NCBI GenBank assembly: GCA_051294375.1
Contig: JBJCIZ010001226.1
Span: 17,641-49,437 of the forward strand
DNA length: 31,797 bases
Origin: Paraspadella gotoi
Taxonomy: Eukaryota > Animalia > Chaetognatha
Reading direction: 5' to 3'
Position numbers and translations under genes: made by a program. The notes under the pieces are model-generated. The model was given only the letters and a program-made list of their open reading frames with translations. It was not told the origin of the DNA and made no database searches. The first letter of the stretch is position 1. Each line of letters opens with the position of its first letter. Below, one piece after another: positions 1 through 10,900 of the stretch.

Positions 1-118
1 AAGAGAAAGAGAGATAAACAAGAGAGAGAGGGCAAAGTTTCCAACACAGAGTTTAGAAAGGACAGTGGTCAATTGGTGAGGACAGGCTGAAGTTGAGAAA
101 AGACAGAGTAAGTTGTTA
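1..118 (-). repeat. Fragment of the pyrimidine-rich repeat that elsewhere precedes the minimal hammerheads
   Basis: Reverse complement (cttcagcctgtcctcaccaattgaccactgtcctttct...tgttggaaacttt) resembles 2535-2600 (cttcacctgtcctcaatctgaccactgtccttttc...tgttggaagcttt). Confidence 0.65.
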
Positions 119-135
119 GGCAGATCCGACATTGT

Positions 136-764
136 TTGCTCAAACTTGTTTCATATGTAAATAACCGTCATCTTTCCATTGAATTTATTCAACAGCCCGA
201 GAAAATTCAAGTTAATGATACTCCATCTGTTCAAACAACCATCTCGTTAGCTCCAACCAAGGGGGCAACGCCTACGCGGGGCAGCTCTCAAAAGGGTGGC
301 GTTGTATCCGCCAAAGTACAGGCAAGGCCTGTCGCGGTCAGCAAAAAGGTTAGGTTATTTGCGCCTTTTTATACTTATGTTTTAAAGTAAAACTGTAAAA
401 ATATTATTTCTTTAGCCTGCCAACTCGGGCTCTAGACAAATAATTAACATTCAGTCTGTGAAGGGCGCCTCCACATCGACGTCTCAGCAAACAGCAGTGT
501 CGACTGAAACATTAGGTCGGTTAAAACTACATATAGATTAAAAGAATAACATTAGTAAACCAATTAAATTATTCTTTCTTCTCCAGGGGGACCCACGACT
601 TCTTGCCATTACAACCAAGAATGGCCCAAGGTTAATAAATTATTTAAACTGACTTGAATTAAGATGGATGATAAATAATAAAAAAATTTGATTCAAATTA
701 TTTCAGTGCCCAGTTAAGCGAAGTTTGTCACCAATCGATTTCCTTGGAAGAAGAAGCCGAAGAC
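136..764 (+). other. Possible spliced gene or gene fragment, product unknown (exon-like blocks about 136-348, 416-515, 587-630, 707 onward)
   Basis: GC-richer blocks separated by 65-76 nt AT-rich GT..AG introns (tttctttag, ttctccag, tttcag acceptors). Translation is S/T-rich low complexity with no recognisable family; reading frame across junctions is ambiguous. Confidence 0.35.
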
Positions 765-1391
765 TCCTTCTGGTCCCCTCCCTCTGGTCCCCTCCTCTTG
801 GTCCCCTCCCTCTGGTCCCCCTCCTCTCTGGTCCCCTCCTTCTGGTCCCCGTCCTCTCTGTTTTCCCCGTCCCTCTTTTCCCCGTCCCTCTTTTCCCCGT
901 CCCTCTTTTCCCCGTCCCTCTTTTCCCGTCCTCTTTCCCGTCCCTTTTCCCCGTCCGCCTCTTTTCCGTCCCTCTTTTCCCCGTCCCTCTTTTCCCCGTC
1001 CCTCTTTTCCCCGTCCCTCTTTTCCCCGTCCCTCTTTTCCCCGTCCCTCTTTTCCCCGCTCCCTCTTTTCCCCGGTCCCTCTTTTCCCCGTCCCTCTTTT
1101 CCCCTCTCTCTTTTCCCCCCTCTCTCTATCCCCCTCTCTCTAGTCCCCCTCTCTCTAGTCCCCCTCTCTCTAGTCCCCCTCTCTTTTGTCCCCCTCTCTC
1201 TTTTCCCCCTCTCTCTTTCCCCCTTCTCTTTTCCCCCCTCTCTTTTCCCTCTCTCTTCTCCCCTCTCTCTTCTCCCCCTCTCTCTTCTCCCCTCTCTCTC
1301 CCCTCTCTCTTCCCCTCTCTCTCTCTTTTCCCCCTCTCTCTTTCCCCTCTCTCTCCCTTCTTCTCCCCTCTCTCTTCCCCCCTCTCCCCCT
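765..1391. repeat. Polypyrimidine minisatellite (units such as ctctggtcccctc, 15-bp ccccgtccctctttt, then CT-rich variants)
   Basis: Directly visible tandem units that drift in sequence along the array; the minus strand has regularly spaced G3-G5 runs. Confidence 0.95.
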
Positions 1392-1418
1392 GGTGTCGCT
1401 CGTGTCGCAGGTGAATAT

Positions 1419-2270
1419 TTTTAGTCGGATCTGCATATTAGCACATTTCCGACTCTATAATCCACTTTGTCTGTCCGTCGGGTCTGTCAGTCCCCCCCAA
1501 AAGTTAGTAACTTATATCATTTCAGAACTTCATATTATGATAAATTAAGCAAAAAAAAACGATGTCCGTCTGTCTGAAGGTCCGTCCGACCTTTTCATTA
1601 AACTCCAACTCCTCCTAAGGTCCATCTTTTAATATTTATTTAGGTTTTGAACGTTTGCAGCAACTAGGAATGCAAGTAAGAATGTTTTGACAATATTTTA
1701 TTATTATTAATTTCTTTTGTGATGCTTACCCAATTGAGCGTAGTGAAAGTTGCGTACGAAATTTCTAAAAGTCAATTATGAATAACATAGCATCAGTGAA
1801 CATTAATTTATAAAAAAAAAATTAATTTTTGTTTTAATTTTCACAGTAGGCTATATTTATATATAGTATTATCCTTTTAAAATCGCAAAATTTCAAAATA
1901 GGCTTTTCTTAATTTTGATTGCAGATTTGAATTCCTAGTCAAAAGTTGAGAAATATAGCTTTTTATTTTATCAACTTTTTATGACGAATCCAAATCTGCA
2001 AAAAAATCTTAGAAAAAAACTGTTTTGAAATTTTAACATTTATTTGCTTAGTACTAGTATTAAATATAGACTACTGCGTAAATTGTAAAATTTATTTTAA
2101 ATTTTTATTATACATAAATGTTCATTAGTATAATATTGTTCGTTCCTCACTTTTAGAATTTTAATTAAAGTTTAAAGTTAGAAATTTTGACTTACGCCCT
2201 TATACCTTATTGCCTGGCAAAAGCAGGACGTTGACAATGGGGGGGGGCCAGCTCATTTTGAGCTTTTTCT
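1419..2270 (+). mobile_element. HINE/DINE-1-like (Helentron-associated) non-autonomous element, interrupted by a MITE
   Basis: T-run, then the 5' inverted repeat agtcgga..tccgact, GTCY microsatellite (gtctgtccgtc), and a 3' hairpin agctc-atttt-gagct followed by a T-run. A second partial copy lies at 17553-17692. Confidence 0.55.
1736..2200. mobile_element. Palindromic MITE with long imperfect arms (GAGCGTAGTG...CTTACGCCC)
   Basis: Arms 1736-1956 and 1961-2200 are imperfect reverse complements around agct at about 1957-1960; a second copy lies at 5927-6160. Confidence 0.75.
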
Positions 2271-2469
2271 TTCTTTATTTTCTCTAATTCTTCAACTTAG
2301 CTATCCCTAACCACATATTCTTCTTCTTTCTTTCTCTCATTTCAATCTTAATTAATAAACTAGTTAAAAAATATTCTCAGTTAAATCTACTAGTTTAAGC
2401 ATTAAGTTTACTTATTGTTATTGAATTATTTATTTCTTTATCTTTGTTGTACATTACATGAATGTAAAT

Positions 2470-2820
2470 ATTTTCTCTCTCTCTTCAAATTTTCACCATT
2501 CACATTTCAACCACTTTCTTCTTCTTCTCTCTCCTTACCTTCACCTGTCCTCAATCTGACCACTGTCCTTTTCTCAACCTTTGTTGGAAGCTTTCTCTCT
2601 CTCTTTTTCTCTCTCTCTCTCAATCTCTCTCTCTCCCTCTAATTCAATGTTAAGAGAAAAATTTGTCTGATTATTCAAACGCTGATGAAGGCTTATACAT
2701 AAAGCCGAAACATGTCCCTATGTAAAAATAAAAATCGTTGTAAATAAACAAACTTTGTTTTTCTCTAAATTAAATGATTATAAATTCTGAATTCATGGAA
2801 AAAGATTATTCATGTAATAT
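2470..2820 (+). mobile_element. Penelope-like pLTR-type repeat carrying a minimal hammerhead
   Basis: Similar to 5460-5770, and in part to 1-118, 15125-15250 and 21632-21790; contains the hammerhead core and downstream AATAAA. Confidence 0.6.
2682..2716 (+). ncRNA. Minimal type I hammerhead ribozyme (PLE-type)
   Basis: CUGAUGA-A-GGCUU(AUACAUA)AAGCC-GAAA-C-AU-G-UC: intact core, stem II and palindromic ACAUGU stem III; stem I is weak. Confidence 0.8.
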
Positions 2821-3310
2821 TTATTGATAACGTAATTTTTTTTAGGTTTATAAAATTGATGCCCCCTCCATTTATATGGTCGTCGGCGAGGGGGCCACAA
2901 AGACCCCATCTTTTTAATTTTTTTTTCTCTTTTCGATTTTTTCTTTTTTTTAAATTTTTTTATTCAATTTTATTAAAGATTTTTGTACAGGTGTGGAAAA
3001 AATATTATACATTATGCATCGCAGTTTATTATTTCAACCTTTAATTAATTTTTTTCCTAATAGTTAAGCATAATTTATATTAAAAATTATAAACTTAGAT
3101 GCCGATCTTTTGTATATTTTTTGTTTTACAAAATTTTGTATTTGTTTAATTTTGTAAAATTTTGTAATTCTTACCCTGTTTACTACTCTGGTTCTGGACT
3201 AATTACGCATTTATCTTCCAATTTTATCCAGAATCTTGACGCCGAAGCACCTTTTGTCGTAATTGGCCATCCTTATTCAATTCCTTCTTCAATTGTAAAG
3301 CAAAATGGTG

Positions 3311-4515
3311 ATGATCTTCCTGCAGATGAAAGAGAGAAAAGCCACGTGGGTCTGTCCCGTCTGCGACAAATCCGCCCACTTCGTCGTTCTCGCCATAGAC
3401 GGGTCGGTTCTTTGAAGGGGGGGTGCCCATTTTCCCCCCTCTTCTCCAAAAGTATTTTACCATATTTGTTTATCCAAAGACGGGAGTTGGGATAATCTGT
3501 TTTAATGTCGTCTCACGTCGAGCGCCGCGACGACTAACGGCGGGTCCCATTTTACAAACGGAGCCGAACCGGGTAAAGAGAACTCAAAGGGACCTAATTG
3601 AGTTGCCTCGTCTGGATTTAATTTCTCTTTTTTCTCTCTAATTAGCGGCCGGAACCAAGCGAAAAGTCGTTGCTGTTGATTTGACTCTGACGACGACAAT
3701 TCCGCTTCGAGACCGCCTCCCGCCAAATGGCCCGCCCACTCCAGCAGCCAGTCATCCGTGGGTCATACCGCCACCCACTCTATCAGCCACCCTATCTCTC
3801 ACTCAATCAGCCATGCCGCCTCCCACAGCTCATCGACGCGGCTTGCAACAGGAACTTCCTCGCAAGATCAGCTCGTCAGCACCTCGACAACATCGCCGAT
3901 GCTCGCCACACCAGCAGATGCACGGGGTACCTTATCCGGTTTCCAGTCCTTGCCAGTCACCCTCACGGCCAACCAAACCGTGCAGCATTACATCCCAGGT
4001 TAATGGCCTCAATAGCCCGATATGATAACTTTTTTAATTTTATCTTTAGAAGACGTTTGATTATTATCTTAAATTTCTTTTTCTCTCTACAAAAGTTATG
4101 TCCATCGGGTACCCTTATGGATCTCCCTCGTGACTGTCCGTCGCGATATTGACCAGCGCCTTCAACATGCAAGGCGGGTTTTCCCATAAATTATGGGATT
4201 TCATCTCAAAATCCCAACTATCGAGTCTTATCGTCACACTGTGGACGTCACACTGCGTCCACAACACCCTGCAAACGTGTTTGATTATTTGAGCAGTCAA
4301 CCGTGAGTTTAGGGGGGGAAATCGTTGGTCGTGGTACCTGATTAACATTATAGTTTTACTTTATAGCAAACCAATTCATTTATGATCGTCGTTCTCACTC
4401 CAATCCATTCGGTTTCAGTCGCAGCGGAAAAGCGGTGGTGGATTTGGTGTCACAGCAAAGTCGCGGCTTTGGTGCGCCGAATTCGGCGCCGCCGGACGTC
4501 GTCACCCTGTATTGA
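3311..4515 (+). pseudogene. PIAS: PIAS/Su(var)2-10 SUMO E3 ligase, 3' half, intron-retaining and disrupted
   Basis: 3311-3402 encodes FLQMKERKATWVCPVCDKSAHFVVLAIDG (SP-RING end). DGSW at 3479-3490. In-frame intron 3573-3645. SIM-acidic motif KRKVVAVDLT/DSDDD..PPAK. C-terminus PDVVTLY* (cf. PDIISLD*) ends at 4515. Contains stops and frameshifts; N-terminal half absent. Confidence 0.88.
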
Positions 4516-4610
4516 CTATACAGACGCGGCTGCGCGACTGGTTCTCGGGAGCAGACGCCGGCTTCACCCGGCGGCGTTTATGACGGAAAGGCGACCTCGA
4601 CGATGGCCAA

Positions 4611-4658
4611 CACTTTAACGACGACACCCACTTTAACGACGACACCCACTTTGATGAC
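4611..4658. repeat. 18-bp tandem repeat (cactttaacgacgacacc, about 2.6 copies)
   Basis: Directly visible; lies in an unidentified GC-rich exon-like block. Confidence 0.9.
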
Positions 4659-4834
4659 CACGAAATAAACTACCTCGGTGCCCCAAACTACCTCATCGAC
4701 TCAAATGAAAAGAGCAACGGTGGGCGACAACGGAAATCCTCCAACAAATCCTACTCTGGCGCGCCGCTGACGACTGTCGCTTCACCGGCGAGTCCTCAAC
4801 GTCGTGCGCAACCCTGATATTGACGCCGGCCGAC

Positions 4835-4960
4835 CTGGGGCGCCGGATCTGTTGGCACAACTTTGCCTTCTTCGATCCTGTCTCCTACGAGTTCATGCGG
4901 ACCCTCGTTGTCGACATCAAGACTCCACTCTTGGGCCGCGACACTGCGGCGCTCTTCGCC
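4835..4960 (+). pseudogene. UBR5: UBR5/hyd HECT-domain fragment
   Basis: Encodes LGRRICWHNFAFFDPVSYEFMRTLV..AALFA, matching the recalled UBR5 HECT motif LGRKVNWHDFAFFDPVMYESLRQL; flanks do not continue the protein. Confidence 0.8.
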
Positions 4961-5074
4961 TTTTCATTGTTCGGAATTTCATTATGCTTTTTTTTGTTTT
5001 CTCCATCTTATCAATTATAATTCACTATTGCGACCTGGAGCTTCAAGCAATGACTTTTAATTTTGTTGTTTCAG

Positions 5075-5313
5075 TTAATGAAAAATGTTTGTGTGCAAAA
5101 AAATCACTCCTCTGAAAATGCTGCCGCAGGAAAATCCGATAGAGCAAATAATTGTGCCATCACTGGCAGAGGCGCTGAGATAAGACAAGGAGACGATGGA
5201 GCAATTGAAGAAGTCATTGGTGGATTCGTATTTGCTGGAGCTGGGCGGCGAAAATCGTTGGAGAGGGACAGATCTTCACCCGTCGAAGTCACTCGGTAGC
5301 GAGGGCATAGAAG
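5075..5313 (+). pseudogene. Unidentified exon-like fragment
   Basis: Bounded by tttcag and ag/gttggt; one frame reads KMLPQENPIEQIIVPSLAEALR*DKETMEQLKKSLVDSYLLELGG with one internal stop. Confidence 0.4.
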
Positions 5314-5459
5314 GTTGGTCGTAACTCATTTTTATGTTAATTTTGTTCATGTTTATTGATCTTTTTGATTAATGTTTGTTCATTTAAAAGTGATTTTCAA
5401 GTTTGACACAAAAATTTTATAGATGTACATTATTAAATGTATTATGTCAAAACTTTTAC

Positions 5460-5770
5460 ACCTTTAAATTTCAATTTCACATTCTTACTCCATCCCTATC
5501 TGAATCCTCAACTTGGACCACTATTCCTTTCACTCAATTTCTTTGTTGGCAACTTTGAACTTGGTTTCTCTCTCTCTCTTTCTCACCCTTTCTAAGTTTC
5601 TTACAAACCAAAATTCAATGTTTCACAAATATCAAAACTTTTTGCGCTGTTGAAGGTTCGTATTAAGAGCCGAAACATGTCCGATTTTAACTAATAATTG
5701 TTGAATCTCAATAAAAACTTTTTACTTTGCAAACAAAAAATTGTACTGAATATAAGGGATGCCAAAAAAT
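5460..5770 (+). mobile_element. Second PLE-type hammerhead repeat copy; core mutated
   Basis: 5647-5681 reads CUGUUGA-A-GGUUC(GUAUUAA)GAGCC-GAAACAUGUC; the core A6 is changed to U, so it is probably inactive. Confidence 0.65.
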
Positions 5771-5926
5771 TGGTTAAATAATATAAAAATTATACATTCA
5801 ATCATTAAATATGCACTGATTTAATATAAAGTTATCAATTAAAATGGATTTGTTGAAATGAAAACTTTAAAATAATGGATACAATCAAATAAAAATTCAA
5901 TAATAATGTACTAATCAATCCTCAGT

Positions 5927-6160
5927 AAGGCGTAGTAAAATTTCTAAATTTCACTTTAATTAATGCAAATTTTCAATCAAAATTTAAAAAAGCCTATTTT
6001 GAAATTTTTCGATTTTATAAGGATAGTACTATGTATAAATAAAGCCTACTGCAAAAATTAAAAAACATAAAATTAATTTTTTTTACAAATTAATGTTCAC
6101 TGATGGTATGTTGTTCATAATTGACTTTTAGAATTTCCGTACGTAATTTTCACTACGCTC
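5927..6160 (-). mobile_element. Internally deleted copy of the 1736-2200 MITE
   Basis: Reverse complement of about 5965-6160 aligns with 1736-1929; 5927-5963 matches the opposite terminus. Confidence 0.8.
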
Positions 6161-6881
6161 TAGTACATAGTGCACAACAATACAATTTGAATTTGAGGAC
6201 AAAAATAGTCTGTTGGATGTTCGATCAGTTTAAATTTATAACATTTAACTGTTACATCGTCATCATGATTAATTTTGGACAGCAACTATGAAAATATTTT
6301 TTATGGTTTTTATTTTTATTCATGTCCTGATTTTTTCTCGACAATTTTTTTCTTATCAAATTAAAATAATATTCTTAAATTAGCTTATTCAAATGTCATT
6401 AGTTTCCGTCTAATTATATGATTTAATTAAAAAATTTATAGGAGTGGATAATTGCCTCATTTAAGATCATATCTTTGCCGTTCACACTGCTTTCGCTGAT
6501 GCTTAAATAATCACGATGGAAATAGACAACGAGCAAAATGTTTATTTTGTGGACGCATTCTTACTCTGAAACTTGTTGCGTCCACAATTTACTTATTTAC
6601 AATCGATAACGCAATGAGAGTAAAATAATTGAGTCAGAAAATCTATTGCAACCATTCGGGCCGAGGGCAGCTTCACTTCTGAAAACTAAAGTCCTTCGTC
6701 CTACTCCCTCGGCTCATGAAACAATCTCCTTTGACCTAGTCCCACTCTCCGCCCTCTGATTCGCTATGAAGCTAAAACCACGATCGAATAAACGGAGAGT
6801 GGGAGGGAGAGAGAGAGAGAGAGTTCACGTTGATCGAGTGGAGTGGAGGCGGATCCCATATCCGCTGACGATATAAAGGGA

Positions 6882-7120
6882 GTGGTCTTTTCATACAATT
6901 GAAACATTCTTTGAAATATTTTCCACTTCATTGATAGGGAAGCCAGGTACTCTGGGAGTGAATAAACGGGACTGTGAAAGTCTTGATTGAAAGCTTGCAG
7001 GGACCTGCTATGTCATTATCTTGTAAGAGTGATGGAGGCCTTAAACCACCAAAGTCAGGGGCAAGATAGCTTATTTATTAAATGAATGGATAATTTTTAT
7101 ATTGGTTGTACCAATTTCAT
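6882..7120 (+). repeat. Dispersed repeat 'X', longest copy (fixed 3' end, variable 5' truncation)
   Basis: caaagtcaggggcaagatagcttatttattaaatgaatggataatttttatattggttgtaccaatttcat recurs at 16766-16811, 21926-22017, 29130-29220 and 31392-31528; a diverged 5' part lies at 17738-17870. Confidence 0.9.
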
Positions 7121-7194
7121 TAAATAATAATCCCTTACAAATTAACTTATTGATTTACTCTTCTCTTTCCCCAACCCTCTTCCCCCACCCAAAG

Positions 7195-7710
7195 GTTAAT
7201 CAATTCTCTATCCCTCATCGCGACCCTGTCCGCTACGGCATCCTCGCGGCGCTCAAAGAGATCCTCTCCTTTTCCGTCGTCCCTTCACTCTCGCCTTTTC
7301 AAATCCAAATGTCGACGTCAAACTTCGTCAAATGATGCGGGAGAATTTCCCGAGTCCGCGATTTGACCGAAGTCTTCCTTCGTCGTCGTCGTCGTCATCT
7401 TCGCGTCGCCGAAGAGTAAGAAAAGACCAAACTGGCGCTCAAGCTACTCGTTAAGCAAACTGCTTTTTACAACCATTGTCGTTATAGGGTTTGGCGGCGG
7501 CCTCACCGCAACTACCGCCGTCGCATCCAACGGCGCCATCAACGTCTCCGCGATCCAGTGCAGCTCTGCAACGTCCAATATCGTTTGCCACTTCTCGGCT
7601 GGGGTCCATGGTCTCTAGCAATGCTGCCCCTGGCGGTTTTACTCCCGTCATTTCCATCGCGATGAGCACCGTCGTCAGGTGTTCCAACATCTCAAGGAGT
7701 TCCTTCTTTG
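7195..7710 (+). pseudogene. Two unidentified exon-like fragments separated by a 37-nt GT..AG intron
   Basis: VNQFSIPHRDPVRYGILAALKEILSFS...*CGRISRVRDLTEVF with internal stops; intron gttaag..ttatag at 7451-7487. Confidence 0.4.
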
Positions 7711-7935
7711 GTTAGGTTAATCAATTCTCCAATTACGATGAGGGACCGGGCACCATCGCTGATGTCAGAAATTACAATTCAACGCAATTCATTGCAAAAC
7801 TCCGCGGTCCTGCATTCGGAGCATTGCAAATATTACCTTGACGGAGATGCTCCGTTTTGGCATTCTTTAAAACATTTTTTTGTTGCATTTTAACCTTCAA
7901 GTAGTTAATCTTTGGAATTAGCTATAAATATTTAA

Positions 7936-10900
7936 ATGGTTTTAATTTCAGAAGCATCCATGAATGATACAGAAGTAACGAAAGATTGTTGTATTTGTCA
8001 AAAAGCCAACAATGAATCCATTTCCTGTGAATTTTGCAATTATAACTTTTTTCATCCTGTAAATGAATACCAAAGTAATGGATCTGATGAAGAATTCCAA
8101 ATTACTGACTTTAATATTGAATCTTTACTTGATAATCATATTCTTAGTTATATCTTGATAGAGCATAATTATTCCAAAAATATTCCCTCATTGATTGGTA
8201 AAAGAATTCATAAAATTTCCAATTATCATAAAGACAAACATTCCATTGAGAAAACGAATGTTACTTCTTGTTCTTTTGAAGATATTGTTGACACTATAAT
8301 AAATGATACCGAATTATCTTCTTCTAAAAAAATAGAGCGGTTCCCGCAGAAAAGTCTTTGTATTGATCCAAGTATATTTAATGAAATTAAATTGAATGCT
8401 ATTCCAAATAAAAATTTTCAATTTGTAGTCTGCCAATCTGTTTATCAACATCATTTTCGCAAATTATTAGAAGAAGTAAATAATCGTTGTATTTTTCATT
8501 CAAAAAGTTGTGTTTTCTTGAAAAAAAGTAACACGCTTAAGGCAATTTTTTATTGTGCCGCTCGAGGATGTGAATTGAAATCAGAGGTGATTGTAAACAA
8601 CCAAGGGAAAGCTAGTTTAGAATTTTATTTGAATAAAAAATATGATATTAGAAATTCGAATTCGCACATACTTGTTTCTCATAAACCTGATGTTCCAAAA
8701 TGTAATTATGTAAGACAAAATGAAAGAAAAACCTTATTTAAAGAATTAGAAAACAAAACGCCGAATCAGGTTTATGTATCAATGAAATCCAAATTAACAA
8801 GTGAACATGTTGTAGCAGGAAAGACTTCTTATAGTAAAAGGGTATGCAAAGAACTTGTTTTTGAATCGCGAAAACATATGTATCCAGACGAAAATTGTTT
8901 ATCCTCTCTTATCAAGTTAGCGAATAAAATGGATTATATTCAGAGTATTAATATTCTTCCAAATATAGAAGTAGTTTGTTTTTTGAAATCCTTTTTAAAG
9001 TTAGGAGCGCAGATGTCGTATCATTACACCATTGGAGTGGATGGGACAACTGATTTTGTTTTTGATTTTTTAGGTAAAAGGTTAGAATTATATTCATTTA
9101 CAATAAAAAATCCTATTGTAGGAAATGCTCCGATTTGCATTGCCGCAGGATTTTTATCATGTCAAAATCGTGAAGAAATTACTAGTCTTTTTCAAAAGAT
9201 TAAAAATGCTATCATTGATCATATTCCAAATTTTTGCCCACCACAGGTAGTTTGTGATAAGTCATTCGCTATTATCCGATCTCTTTTAGTTGTGTTTAAT
9301 AATGAGGATCTAACTGCTTATATCTCTAGATTATATCGAGTTGCCTATGGTTTGGAATGCAATTCGTGTAATAAAACCTTAGTTCTTTTATGTGCTCGGC
9401 ATCATTTTCAATCTATTAAAAGAGAACTTTTTAAAATAAAAGCAAATGAAGAATGTAAAAGATTTTACACAATAGTTGCTTCGTTACTTGTATCTTGTTT
9501 AAATTATTCTCATTTTAAATTTGTTTTACATCAAATGATTATTATTGGAACTAGTAAAAAGGATAATATTTATGTAAAAAGAGCTAAGTTAGAAATTAAG
9601 AATTCTTTGAAATCTATTAAGGATAAAAATTTTGAATTAGATAATGATAATCATTTTGAAAAAGAAAACCTTCAGGCCGAGTCAGATTTTGTTAGTTTTG
9701 TTCACAATAATAAAAATCCTTTAAAAGAGTCTGAATTTTATAAAGATTTTCTTGAATTAAAATGTAAAATTCAAGATTCTGACCATGAGGACTCATTTAA
9801 TAATTTGTATTGCCCAAAGTTTATTGAATATTATGGATTATTTTGGGCATCTTTTCCTGTCTATGGAAATATTTTTCGGGGTAAGTTTCGAAAACCGGAA
9901 CAAGTAGACCAACTTGACCGGTTAAGACATACGTCTGTTTTAGACAGGACTAACAATGTTTCTGAACTGCGAAATAAACTGTATAAAGATTTATTACAAA
10001 AAAAAGTTAGATTGGATGTTGCTATTATAAAGTTGGAGGAATATGATCGTTCTCTTTTTATTGAACTATCCGAAAATCTTTTATTTGAAAATATTTCATG
10101 TAGTAAAAAACGAAAACATTTTACTGGCATAAATGCACCCGAAATTTGCAGAAAAAGAAAAATGAATAAGGATTCTTCTTTGATGCTTGAAGATGTTGAC
10201 GTTGCCAATGTAGTTGATGTTTATACTTCTCATAATGATTCTGAATTAATACAGCCAGGAATGATTTGGCCTGCTTTCATGTTTACTTATCAAAATAAAG
10301 TAAATGCTTGTAGCACTATGGCCACAATTAATTTTTTTAGTAACTCTTATTCCATCAATGATATGCTTTTTCAATTTAGAATTTTAAAAAAACCGTATCC
10401 CAGTGATTTTTTTAAAAATCTTGATGAAATGTTATTGTCGGTTTATTTCAATTATTCTCAAAACAATTTATCTGTCAGAACCAATGAAGAAGTTTCAAAA
10501 CTTCACCAATCTTTTATTTCTCATCATGCTTTAGATCACATTTCTGAAAGACAGTTTACTATTGACTCATTATTTCAACTTTTGAATTCGTCTTCTTTAT
10601 CAATAAAAGATATTTATAAATGTGGGCATTGTGATTTCGAATCTGAATTCGTTACCAATCCGCCTTTTTTAACTATTGCTGCAAATCCCATCCTTTCAAT
10701 GTCAGAATGTATAAACATACAATCAAAATCAGAGCCCGTTTCAGATTTTACATGTTCCCAATGTGATTATTTAGGGATTGCTCAATTAGATCAACTTTTT
10801 ATTGATTCGCCAGTGAATTTAATTATACGTGTAGGAAGGGATCGGGATCAACGTGTAGAACAAAGTATTACTTTTTTAGGTCCAGTTGAAATTGAAATTC

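Noticed and set aside
725-1548. Long ORFs (229, 226, 120, 88 aa) over the CT-rich array
   Set aside because: Open frames are expected from a sequence almost lacking A; no independent coding evidence.
1736-6160. Inverted MITE copies as TIRs of the MULE transposase element
   Set aside because: They do not bracket the transposase, each has both of its own termini, and no 9-bp TSD is seen.
7730-7895. Ly6/three-finger-like Cys pattern on the minus strand (KKCFKECQ..CSECRTAEFCN)
   Set aside because: Short, contains stops, too weak to call.
9861-10208. 115-aa antisense ORF
   Set aside because: Shadow of the transposase ORF.
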